Virus record (IMG/VR): IMGVR_UViG_3300050120_000210
Location: 32,001 to 96,000 of that record
Strand: one strand, 5' to 3'
Origin: a virus
DNA length: 64,000 nt
Below are positions 55,827 through 64,000 of the stretch, piece by piece. A program made the translations under genes and the position numbers. Numbering within the stretch: the stretch's first letter is position 1; each line of letters begins with the position of its first letter. The notes below the pieces were generated by a model that searched no databases, was not told the DNA's origin, and was given only the letters and a program-made list of their open reading frames with translations.

Positions 55827-56948
55827 ATGCGCTATCACGAGATCACCGAGGCCATTGCCAATCCGCCCCGTGCTCTGGGCGCTTACGTGCGTAAACGCAT
55901 CTCCGAACTCAAGTCCATCGTCTCCGCAAGAGATCGCGCAGCCCAGATCGTTTCCGCAAACGAAAAACTTGGCGAGCCAATGCTGAATTATTTTCTGCGA
56001 TATGGATCGGACAATGTCGAAGCGGCAAACGACCTCGGCTATGCGATCCATATCGCCAAGAACCTAGATCGCTATCGCCCGCTCGATCAACTGCTTTCCA
56101 ATTTGGAAGCGTTCCTCGCGCACGGCCACGAGTTTCGTCGCTACGTGCTGAACTCATTCGCCTATGCGGAGCCGATCCCAGAAGATGCAAAAAAAACATT
56201 CTCGGTTCTTGACACGGCTGAGGTTGGCGCCGAAAAATACGGCTTCAAACCGAACGACCCCGACAACGCCAAAGACGAGGAGTTCGTAGCGGCCATGGCA
56301 TTGCTTGAAGGTTTGCGACTTTTCGACGGAGCCTATCAGAAAGGCGAAACACTCTGGGCGGACGTGAGCCACAAAATTGGGCTCATCGGTCGTGGTCGCC
56401 CGGAGCATGATGCTGTTGAGACACTCTACCACGCCACGGCGTTTGTTCCTGAGATTTTGAGAGACGGTTTTGCGGCCGAACGCCCACTGGATCGGCGCGG
56501 CCTCGGAAACCTTGGCGAAGTGAACGCCACCATCTCCTTCACCCACGATCTCGACTTGGCGCGCAATCTAATGCGCTCGCTCAAGGAAATCTGGATGATT
56601 GCCCACGGTCAATTGAAGGCACGGCAGATCGTCAGTTGGATTCGCATCGAGGGGTTGGAGAAGCAAGTCAGTGGGATGTATCCCCACGGGACCAACCTCG
56701 ACGCCCTGAACACACCGGAAGAAGCCGTCACACTCTATCGTTACTGGCTTGCGTTCTCGAAGATGCGTGTCGATCCCACGTTCGTTTCACCAGAACGTCT
56801 TCTCACGGTGATGGCTGATCGGAAAGAGTCCGACATCGGCGTGTTGGTCTGCGAAGTCGAGATCAGCATGAAGGATGAATATTTCGCGGGAGAATCGGAG
56901 TTCCGTTTGACGCCGGACAAAGTCCTATCGGTCAAACGCCAGTTCTAA
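55827..56948 (+). CDS. MRxxE-leader protein with ADP-ribosyltransferase-like C-terminal domain
   Basis: MRYHEITE; LYHAT...I..DGF, ISFT.D...A, ESE; GCTAAATA 4 nt before ATG. Confidence 0.65.
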   Translation: MRYHEITEAIANPPRALGAYVRKRISELKSIVSARDRAAQIVSANEKLGEPMLNYFLRYGSDNVEAANDLGYAIHIAKNLDRYRPLDQLLSNLEAFLAHGHEFRRYVLNSFAYAEPIPEDAKKTFSVLDTAEVGAEKYGFKPNDPDNAKDEEFVAAMALLEGLRLFDGAYQKGETLWADVSHKIGLIGRGRPEHDAVETLYHATAFVPEILRDGFAAERPLDRRGLGNLGEVNATISFTHDLDLARNLMRSLKEIWMIAHGQLKARQIVSWIRIEGLEKQVSGMYPHGTNLDALNTPEEAVTLYRYWLAFSKMRVDPTFVSPERLLTVMADRKESDIGVLVCEVEISMKDEYFAGESEFRLTPDKVLSVKRQF

Positions 56949-57574
56949 GCGCACGAGTGCCCCATGCGAAAACCCATGTTGGCAAACTTTTGCTGAAGAC
57001 GTTTTCCTTCGAGTTCGTTCATCATCCTGAATGACCACTGATTGATCTGCGTCTCCACGCCGCCGCGTGGCAGTGACTTACCGACGTTGGCGAACGTTTG
57101 CTCAATTTCCAACATCTCGCGATAGTCCAAATCGTGCTCCCATCGCCGCCGCCAGCGAATTGGCTGGAAATCGAACGTGAACATATGACTGTGGAGACCT
57201 TGATAAGTGTGCTCTTGGCGGACACTGATGAGGCTGACCACGAAATCATTGGGCAACGTGGATCGAAACATGATTCCGTCCAACCAATCGGCGGTGGGCT
57301 CCCAGCTAAGAAACGATGTGAAACCTTCTTCCCACAAAAACGTGGCGCGTTCGCGCGTCTTGACCATCGAACCATCGGGCATATGGGTCATCTCGATGGT
57401 GACCGGAACTCCGACGTTGAAATATTCCTGAACGAGGTTCTTGTCGGTATCGACCCAGTTGTGGCCGCGTTTCCATTCGCCAACATGCAGGCCGCTGTGA
57501 GACAGACTTCGTTCGATGAACTCGGAGCCGAGAACTTCGTAGAGTAAGCGGGTCTCGACAACTTGCGAGATCAT
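56945..57574 (-). CDS. Hypothetical protein
   Basis: Coupled ORF. Confidence 0.65.
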   Translation of the reverse strand: MISQVVETRLLYEVLGSEFIERSLSHSGLHVGEWKRGHNWVDTDKNLVQEYFNVGVPVTIEMTHMPDGSMVKTRERATFLWEEGFTSFLSWEPTADWLDGIMFRSTLPNDFVVSLISVRQEHTYQGLHSHMFTFDFQPIRWRRRWEHDLDYREMLEIEQTFANVGKSLPRGGVETQINQWSFRMMNELEGKRLQQKFANMGFRMGHSCA

Positions 57575-57753
57575 GCAGCCAGCCGTTGTTTCGAGCCTTC
57601 GTAGTCGGCCCAGAATTGAATGGCCTGCTTAACGGCGTCGGCCGCGAAACCTTCTCGCAAGAGGATGCTTTCGAGATTCTTCAGCGAACGGATTTGCCGA
57701 TCTTTGGCGATCTGAACCGCAGCACGAACGGCTTCAAATACATCGTCGGGCAT
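57571..57753 (-). CDS. Small hypothetical protein
   Basis: GGAGG RBS; GTTGACC element near 57815. Confidence 0.6.
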   Translation of the reverse strand: MPDDVFEAVRAAVQIAKDRQIRSLKNLESILLREGFAADAVKQAIQFWADYEGSKQRLAA

Positions 57754-57820
57754 TCGAGCCTCCGGTCTGTTGAAAAATTCTATCCAGAACAGAAGCTACC
57801 ACCATTTAGCAAGTGGTCAA

Positions 57821-58594
57821 CTAAAAGGCGACCTCGACTAGCTTGTGACCCTTCTCGAAAATATTGGCCAATGCTTCCTTGTCGAGCATCTTGTAGAACG
57901 AGCCATCAATTTTGCGAGCGATGGGGAAACGCATCGCCATTTTGGTCCACTCCGGCGTAGCCACAGTATAGAGCCACATCTTGGTGTAGACTTTGCTCAT
58001 GCGGCCCTGCCACTTGTGCTTGATCGTTTCAAGTTCGGCATGGGCCAGCTTAGGAGAGATCAACGCGAACATGTAGGAGTTGTCGGCCTTCTGGACGAGG
58101 ATCACGCCAACGGCCTTCAGCGCCATCTCGTTGGCAAGTTCGTCGTCGGCCGTGCTGTCCTTCAACGGAACGCGAATGCCGCTGAGACGGCTGATCTCGC
58201 GCAGCTTGGACAAGAACTTCTGCCCATGATTTTCGGCCGTGTCCCCGATGTGGTAGAAATAGACGTGGATCATCTCGTGCAAAAGAATGCCGTCGATGGT
58301 CTCCGGGGTTCGTTTGAACATCGACGAAATTTGCAAGATCATGCTACCGGGCACGAGCTTGGTATAGTGTGCCATCATATGGCGCGGAGCAGCTTTGTAT
58401 TGCTTGCCGTTCCTAATTTTCACCGGGCCGGTATAAGTCGTGCGAGCTTTTACGACGCCACCGATGCCCTTCAATTGAGCAAACTCAACCGGAATCTTCG
58501 GGAGTTCACCGTTGAAATAGGCATTGTTGAACTTATCGTATGTCCCCTGAAGGTCGTAGGCTTCGGGGTTTTCGTATAGCTCACGGTAGCGCAT
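57821..58594 (-). CDS. MRxxE-leader SprT-like zinc metalloprotease
   Basis: MRYRELYE; FN..YF...LP, LLHEMIH, HG..F. Confidence 0.85.
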   Translation of the reverse strand: MRYRELYENPEAYDLQGTYDKFNNAYFNGELPKIPVEFAQLKGIGGVVKARTTYTGPVKIRNGKQYKAAPRHMMAHYTKLVPGSMILQISSMFKRTPETIDGILLHEMIHVYFYHIGDTAENHGQKFLSKLREISRLSGIRVPLKDSTADDELANEMALKAVGVILVQKADNSYMFALISPKLAHAELETIKHKWQGRMSKVYTKMWLYTVATPEWTKMAMRFPIARKIDGSFYKMLDKEALANIFEKGHKLVEVAF

Positions 58595-58601
58595 ACGATA
58601 T

Positions 58602-58781
58602 TTAGCGCGGGGAGGGCTTGCCCGGCTTGTCTCTGGTCTTGGTAGCACGGGAACCACACGTCTTACATTTCGATCCAGCCGTGACCTTATCTCGATCACA
58701 GCCCGAGCACCAAAATGATTTTGAGCGGGGCTCTCGCGAAGCTTCGCGATTGGTCAGTTCGTATTGGAAATCGTTTGACAT
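58602..58781 (-). CDS. Small zinc-ribbon protein, 59 aa, not in ORF track
   Basis: MSNDFQ...WCSGCD...CKTCG; its TAA stop is part of the next TAAATA box. Confidence 0.65.
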   Translation of the reverse strand: MSNDFQYELTNREASREPRSKSFWCSGCDRDKVTAGSKCKTCGSRATKTRDKPGKPSPR

Positions 58782-58882
58782 TGTTTTTGAGTATAGTAGA
58801 AAACGCCGGTCAACAGAACCCTGATGGACAACTCTGTTGGAACTGGTCGGGTGACTGGGCCTTTTTAACGTCGAATATCCAG

Positions 58883-58910
58883 TGGCCTCGGTGAGAAATC
58901 ACCGGGGCCA
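58883..58910 (-). terminator. Hairpin after gene 58918-60198
   Basis: TGGCC.CGGTGA/TCACCG.GGCCA inverted repeat; no clear T tract. Confidence 0.5.
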
Positions 58911-58917
58911 TTGTCGT

Positions 58918-60198
58918 TTACGCCTTGGCGAAAACCTCGTTCATGTTTTCCTCTGACGCATACATCTTCGTGCCATCGGGCAGCTTCACGTCGTGGAACG
59001 TGGTCGGGAAGCGATAGAAGAACGTCGGCCGAGACATGCGGAACGTCTGAACGTAGGATTGCACGATGGATTGCTTCACGTTGAAACTCGAACCATCGGG
59101 GAAGGCGAAGGTCAGCAACGCGGTGATGATACCCGAGTTCGTGTTGATGCTGACGACTTTCTCTTGGAAGTCCCCACCCTTGGTCGTCAGGATCGGCGCC
59201 AGCTTGGCGGTGTTCTTGTAGACGAACTCGTTCTGCATGGCTTCGACTTGCTCTTCCGCGATGCCGTCGAGCTTGGTCTGCCAATCGGCATACAGAGCCT
59301 TCGTCTGGTAATCCATGAGCATCATAATCAGAGCGGAGTCCCTCGCCATTTTCTTGGCGCGTTCCGGGTCGTTGGCCATGGAGTCGATGAAACTTTGCAC
59401 CGACTTGGTCATCCATTCGATCAGGTGGACCTTCTGGGCGGCGCGAACGTCGTTGGTCATTTCCTTCAGGAGAGCGAAGATTTTCTTGGTCTGGGCGCTC
59501 GATGACGGCGGCGGGGTGTAGGGTTTCTTCGGGTCTTGCTTGGCTTGCAGCGGCTCCATGCCCAGCAGAGCCAAAATTTGTTCCATGAAATCGGTTTCGG
59601 TGGCGGCCCACTTGAAGAACGTCTCGAACGTCGTCGGGTTGACCGCGCCGTTTTTGTAGTCTCCGCAGATTTCGTAGGTCGCGCCGTCCGACGAGGTGAC
59701 GACGTAGGCGCTGCACCACACGAAGAACTCGAAATCGATCTCGATGCGCTGATAAGAGCCGCGCTTGGACTCGGCTGCCCGGAGGTTTCGGATTTCGTAG
59801 CGGCCTTTCTTGCTCAGGTTGGCTTGCATGAGCGGAAGGACTTGTTCCTTCATCTGGGCGTAGGCGAGCTTGCTGCGGTCGTTCCAGTCGGAATCTCGCG
59901 ACGATTCCGGCGCGGGGTCGAACTCGGCGTAGTATTTTATCTCATTGGAGTGGTAGGTCTTGCCGCCATGGTTGCCATACATCTTCTTGACCATGTCGCC
60001 GAACGGCGTCGCACCGAGCACCCAGCCACCGTCTGACGGCTTGAGCACCTTGGTGTTCTCGATCTTCCAGCCTTGCAGATTGCCGATGATTTCGGTCAGA
60101 AGCTTCGCATTCAGCGCAGCAGCACCACCCTTCCGCATCTTGAGCATCATATGTTCAACGGCGGGGGTGAGGGATTCCATGATCTCGTGGGCGCGCAT
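58918..60198 (-). CDS. MRxxE-leader late protein of unknown function
   Basis: MRAHEIME; GGAGG RBS; TAAATA at 60221-60226. Confidence 0.8.
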   Translation of the reverse strand: MRAHEIMESLTPAVEHMMLKMRKGGAAALNAKLLTEIIGNLQGWKIENTKVLKPSDGGWVLGATPFGDMVKKMYGNHGGKTYHSNEIKYYAEFDPAPESSRDSDWNDRSKLAYAQMKEQVLPLMQANLSKKGRYEIRNLRAAESKRGSYQRIEIDFEFFVWCSAYVVTSSDGATYEICGDYKNGAVNPTTFETFFKWAATETDFMEQILALLGMEPLQAKQDPKKPYTPPPSSSAQTKKIFALLKEMTNDVRAAQKVHLIEWMTKSVQSFIDSMANDPERAKKMARDSALIMMLMDYQTKALYADWQTKLDGIAEEQVEAMQNEFVYKNTAKLAPILTTKGGDFQEKVVSINTNSGIITALLTFAFPDGSSFNVKQSIVQSYVQTFRMSRPTFFYRFPTTFHDVKLPDGTKMYASEENMNEVFAKA

Positions 60199-60220
60199 GA
60201 ATAGTTCCTCCGTAATGTCC

Positions 60221-60307
60221 TATTTAGAATAGCTCAGTTTGAGAGTAGCGCAAGGATAAAACAAGCATAGGTCGAGTAGAATATCGCTTTCTGGGTGGAG
60301 ATAAATA
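60221..60307. promoter_or_regulatory. Divergent pair of TAAATA late-promoter boxes
   Basis: TATTTA at 60221-60226 and TAAATA at 60302-60307. Confidence 0.6.
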
Positions 60308-60375
60308 CAAGCTCCCACACGCGTGCTGTTTGGATAAGTAAACCAAACACATCTTTGCAGAAAGTTATTACCCCC

Positions 60376-63300
60376 ATGGGCATCAAGTACGACGGTCTGA
60401 AACTTGTTTGGTTGCACCAGTTCGGGGGTTCGACGACTTTGCTGACGTGGGTCAGCCCGGATGAAGGTGATGTCGGCTCTTTTGTCGGCGGCGCCAAAGC
60501 ATTCATTCCCGCCGCAGTTCGTGTCATCAATGGCCCGCGCCCGACTTTCAGCTTGTCTTCGGGTTCTCTGCCCACGGGCCTTAGCCTCGATACTTCGAGC
60601 GGCGCGGTCTCGGGTATCCTCAACAACATCGTCGGAAGCTACTCCTACACCCTCAAGGCTCAAAGTGGTCAAGTCAGTGTTGAACGCACGTTCTCTGCAA
60701 ACGTCGCGGTCAACCAAGCACCTGTGTGGAACACTCCGGCCGGTTCGCTGGGCAGCCAATTCGACAATACGCCCGTCAACCTGACGCTCGACGCTGTCGA
60801 TCCTGAAGCTCAGCCCGTCACGTTCGCTCTGATCGCTGGTTCTCTGCCCGGCGGTCTGAACCTGTCCAACACCGGTGCGATCACCGGTCTGTTGAGCCCG
60901 GTCACCGACGACACGACGTTCTTCTTCACCCTGACCGCTTCGGATGGCGTGCTCAACACGCAACGTGCGTTCAGCTTCACTGCCCTGCTCGATCAAGCCC
61001 CGGTTTGGAGCACGCACGGCAATCTTGGCACGCCCATCGAAAGCAGTGCATTCACGTTCCCGCTGGTGGTCACTGGCGCCCGCGCTCTGACCTACACCGT
61101 CACTGGCGGCCAACTTCCCGTTGGTCTGACGTTGGATGCCAACACCGGCGTGATCTCCGGCACGACGCCCGCCGTCGCGCTCGACTCCACGTCTACTTTC
61201 ATCGTCAGCGCGTCGGATGGCGTGAAGGCTACGGCTCAAACTCTGTCCATCATCGTCAAGAAGAACCTTCCCCCGGTTTGGAGTTCGAGCGGCACGGTCG
61301 CGACTGATTTCGGCGGCAAGGCAGTCAACTTCAACCTCATCGCGGTCGATCCCAACGGTTCGTCCGTCACCTTCACGTTGGGCAATGGTTCGGTTCTGCC
61401 GGGCGACCTGACTCTGTCGAACACCGGTCTCATCAGCGGCAACCTGCCCGATGTGGTCGCGTCCACCGACTTCAGCTTCACGGCTGTTGCAAGCGATGGT
61501 CTGCTGACCACGCCTCGCGCCCTGAAGATTCGCACGCTCCTCAACCAACCTCCGGTTTGGGATACGGCTTCCGGCCTCTCCCCGGTTCTCGAAGAAATGG
61601 CGTTCACTCGCGTTGTGTCGGCTCACGACCCCGCTGGTGTCCAAGCAATTCACTATAAGCTGGCGAGTGGTTCCCTGCCCGATGGCGTGACGTTGTCCAA
61701 CAACGGCGTCATTAGCGGCACCCCCGGCACGGTGGTGTCTGACACCGAGTATGATTTCAACATCGAAGCGAACAACGGCGTCCTCGCGGCTTCGCAAGAT
61801 TTCACGCTCATCGTCGCCAAGAACGTGGCTCCGGTGTGGTCCAGCAACGCTGGCCTCATCAACACCGTCCAAGGTCTGTCGATCTATAACTATAACCTGT
61901 CGGGACACGACGGCAACGGCACCATCCCGGTCTACACTCTGACGGCTGGCGCTCTGCCGGACGGCATCTCACTGTCCACGAGCGGAACCCTGTCGGGTAC
62001 GGTCGGCAACGTCGCAAACGCCACGCAGTATGACTTCACCGTCGCTCTGAACGATGGCTTCAATGCACCAGTCGGCCGTAGTTTCTCGATCATCGTCACA
62101 CCGAACGCACTGCCGGTGTGGGTCACCAACTCGGGCACCATCGCTTCGGCTTTCGAAACGGCTCCGATCAGCGTCTTCATCAACGCGTTCGACCCGGAAG
62201 GCGCGCAGATCACCTACTACATGGTTGGTTCTTCGAAGCTGCCTGATGGCGTGTTCCTGAACGGGTCCACCGGTCTCATTTCCGGCTCCCTGCCGAACGT
62301 TACGGAAGACACTGACTTCTCGTTCAACATCTACGCGGATGACGGCACCCCGAACAACGCCCGCCGCGCTGCTCGTATTTTCACGATCCACACAGTCTTC
62401 AACTCGGCGCCCGTGTTCCAGACGCCCGCAAACCTTGGCACGAGCATCGAAGGCCGCAACTATTCGCTGCAACTGAGCGCCACTGGTGTCGGTAACGGCC
62501 CGATGATCTACACCCTGTCGTCTGGCACGTTGCCCGCTGGTCTGACCCTGTCCCGCAGTGGTCTGATCTCCGGCGTGCTTCCGGCAGCCGCAACAGATAC
62601 CGGCTACACCTTCACGGTCAATGCCTTCAACGGCATCAAGAACGCAACGCGTACCTTCACGCTGACGGTCGCCCACGATCTGCCCCCGGTGTGGACCAGC
62701 AACGCTGGCACGCTCGGCAGCTTCTTCGGCAACAACGCCTTCTCGATCCAACTGGCCTCGGCTGACCCGAATGGCGTTGGCGTCGTCTACTCGTTGGCGA
62801 ACGCCACGACTCTGCCCCACGGCGTCTCTCTGTCTACCGGTGGTTTGGTTTCCGGTTCGCTCGACATCGTCGCGAACAACACGACCTACAACTTCACCGT
62901 TCGTTCGTCGGATGGTGTCTTGAGCGCCGACCGCAGCTTCTCGCTCACCTCGCTCGCCGAAGTGGCGCCGAACTGGGTCACCCCGGCCGGTCAAATCGCA
63001 CAAGTGTTCAAGAACACGAGCTACAGCAGCTTCTTGGTCGCTGCCGATTCGCAACATCTTCCGATCACCTACACCGTTGTGTCTGGGTCTCTGCCCACTG
63101 GTCTGACGCTGAACGCCAACACCGGCTTGCTTGCCGGTATCACGGCCAACGTTAGCATCAACACCGAATACGATTTCACTGTCCGTGCATCGAACGGCAC
63201 GCTGACTTCCGACCGAGCCTTCTCGTTCGTCGTTCAATCGGTCGCAACACCAGCATGGGTCACACCGGCCGGGTCGCTGGGTTCGATCCTGTCCGGCTAC

Positions 63301-64000
63301 ACCGGTGTCTTCAGCATGGTTGCGACGGACCCGCAGGGCCTTTCGCTCACCTATAGCTTCATCTCCGGCACGTTGCCCGCTGGTCTGTCGTTCTCTGGCG
63401 GGGGCTCGGCCACCATTCAGAAGAGCAGCCCGAGCGCAACTGTTCCGGTCACGTCTTCGGATCAAACCTATAGCTTCACCGTCGAAGTCACCAACGGCTT
63501 CGTGCCGGTCCAGCGCACCTTCTCGATCACGATCCTGAAGAACCTACCGCCGGTCTGGGTTTCCCCGACTGCTGGCAGCCTCGGCACCCAAAACGAAGGC
63601 ACTTCCTTCACGGTCACCCTCGACGCAACTGACCCGGAATCGCAAGGCATCTTCTATCTGGTGTCGGCGGGTTCTCTGCCGAACGGTTTTGGCCTGAATG
63701 CCAACACCGGCGTCATCAGCGGCACCACGGGCACGGTCTCCAACACGACCACGTTCAACTTCACCATTGATGCAGACGACGGCAAGCAAACGACTTCGCG
63801 GGCCTTCAGCTTCACCACTACGTTCTCGTCCGCTCCGGCTTGGACGACGGCTTCTGGTTCTCTGGCGAGCCAACTCGAACAGACCCCGTTCTCCGTCACT
63901 GTTGCCGCCACGGCGGCTGGACAAGGTATCCACTACACGGTCGCCAACGCCAGCATTCTGCCCACCGGCTTGACCCTTGACGCAAACACGGGCGTCATCA
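60376..64000 (+). CDS. Giant Ig-like (putative Ig/cadherin-like) repeat virion protein, runs off window end; not in ORF track
   Basis: ATG 60376 (MGIKYDG...) is in frame with PTGLTLDANTGVI at the window end; about 13 repeats of ~90 aa with P.W, A.DP, G.LP.GL.L...G.ISG, F.FTV.ASDG. Confidence 0.9.
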   Translation, partial: MGIKYDGLKLVWLHQFGGSTTLLTWVSPDEGDVGSFVGGAKAFIPAAVRVINGPRPTFSLSSGSLPTGLSLDTSSGAVSGILNNIVGSYSYTLKAQSGQVSVERTFSANVAVNQAPVWNTPAGSLGSQFDNTPVNLTLDAVDPEAQPVTFALIAGSLPGGLNLSNTGAITGLLSPVTDDTTFFFTLTASDGVLNTQRAFSFTALLDQAPVWSTHGNLGTPIESSAFTFPLVVTGARALTYTVTGGQLPVGLTLDANTGVISGTTPAVALDSTSTFIVSASDGVKATAQTLSIIVKKNLPPVWSSSGTVATDFGGKAVNFNLIAVDPNGSSVTFTLGNGSVLPGDLTLSNTGLISGNLPDVVASTDFSFTAVASDGLLTTPRALKIRTLLNQPPVWDTASGLSPVLEEMAFTRVVSAHDPAGVQAIHYKLASGSLPDGVTLSNNGVISGTPGTVVSDTEYDFNIEANNGVLAASQDFTLIVAKNVAPVWSSNAGLINTVQGLSIYNYNLSGHDGNGTIPVYTLTAGALPDGISLSTSGTLSGTVGNVANATQYDFTVALNDGFNAPVGRSFSIIVTPNALPVWVTNSGTIASAFETAPISVFINAFDPEGAQITYYMVGSSKLPDGVFLNGSTGLISGSLPNVTEDTDFSFNIYADDGTPNNARRAARIFTIHTVFNSAPVFQTPANLGTSIEGRNYSLQLSATGVGNGPMIYTLSSGTLPAGLTLSRSGLISGVLPAAATDTGYTFTVNAFNGIKNATRTFTLTVAHDLPPVWTSNAGTLGSFFGNNAFSIQLASADPNGVGVVYSLANATTLPHGVSLSTGGLVSGSLDIVANNTTYNFTVRSSDGVLSADRSFSLTSLAEVAPNWVTPAGQIAQVFKNTSYSSFLVAADSQHLPITYTVVSGSLPTGLTLNANTGLLAGITANVSINTEYDFTVRASNGTLTSDRAFSFVVQSVATPAWVTPAGSLGSILSGYTGVFSMVATDPQGLSLTYSFISGTLPAGLSFSGGGSATIQKSSPSATVPVTSSDQTYSFTVEVTNGFVPVQRTFSITILKNLPPVWVSPTAGSLGTQNEGTSFTVTLDATDPESQGIFYLVSAGSLPNGFGLNANTGVISGTTGTVSNTTTFNFTIDADDGKQTTSRAFSFTTTFSSAPAWTTASGSLASQLEQTPFSVTVAATAAGQGIHYTVANASILPTGLTLDANTGVI

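Noticed and set aside
60229-60262. TAGCTCAG D-arm-like sequence (also near 49838) suggesting tRNA
   Set aside because: No correctly spaced T-arm, anticodon arm or acceptor stem
60220-63933. Long minus-strand ORFs (562 aa, 498 aa and others)
   Set aside because: Antisense shadows of the biased codon usage of the plus-strand Ig-repeat gene
1-64000. CRISPR array, rRNA, integrase/transposase, stop-codon recoding
   Set aside because: No repeat-spacer arrays or such genes seen; genes are full length in the standard code and end in TAA, TGA and TAG

Overview
This window is a gene-dense segment of a large (jumbo-like) tailed phage genome with no rRNA, tRNA or CRISPR that I can support. The host is probably an alphaproteobacterium, judging by the MucR/Ros, RcnB, alphaproteobacterial-style IleRS and PncB genes. 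It carries replication and nucleotide genes (tdk, HAD nucleotidase, RFC-type clamp loader, a short DnaE fragment, GroES), translation genes (full IleRS, catalytic-core-only AlaRS), and the 5' end of a giant Ig-repeat virion protein. Main candidate system: an operon (21491-27705) encoding a complete deamidating (Preiss-Handler-type) NAD+ rebuilding route, NadM-Nudix + PncB + PncA + Gln-dependent NadE. This differs from the NARP1/NARP2 phage pathways I know, and it sits back-to-back with a macrodomain/2xNADAR/2H-phosphoesterase cluster. Other signals are two expanded families of small proteins with variable bodies and constant C-terminal helices, late 'MRxxE' effector proteins behind near-leaderless TAAATA promoters, a C5 methyltransferase with a nested out-of-frame beta chain, and a candidate pseudoknotted RNA. 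All calls come from reading motifs by eye; no searches were run, so novelty is unverified.
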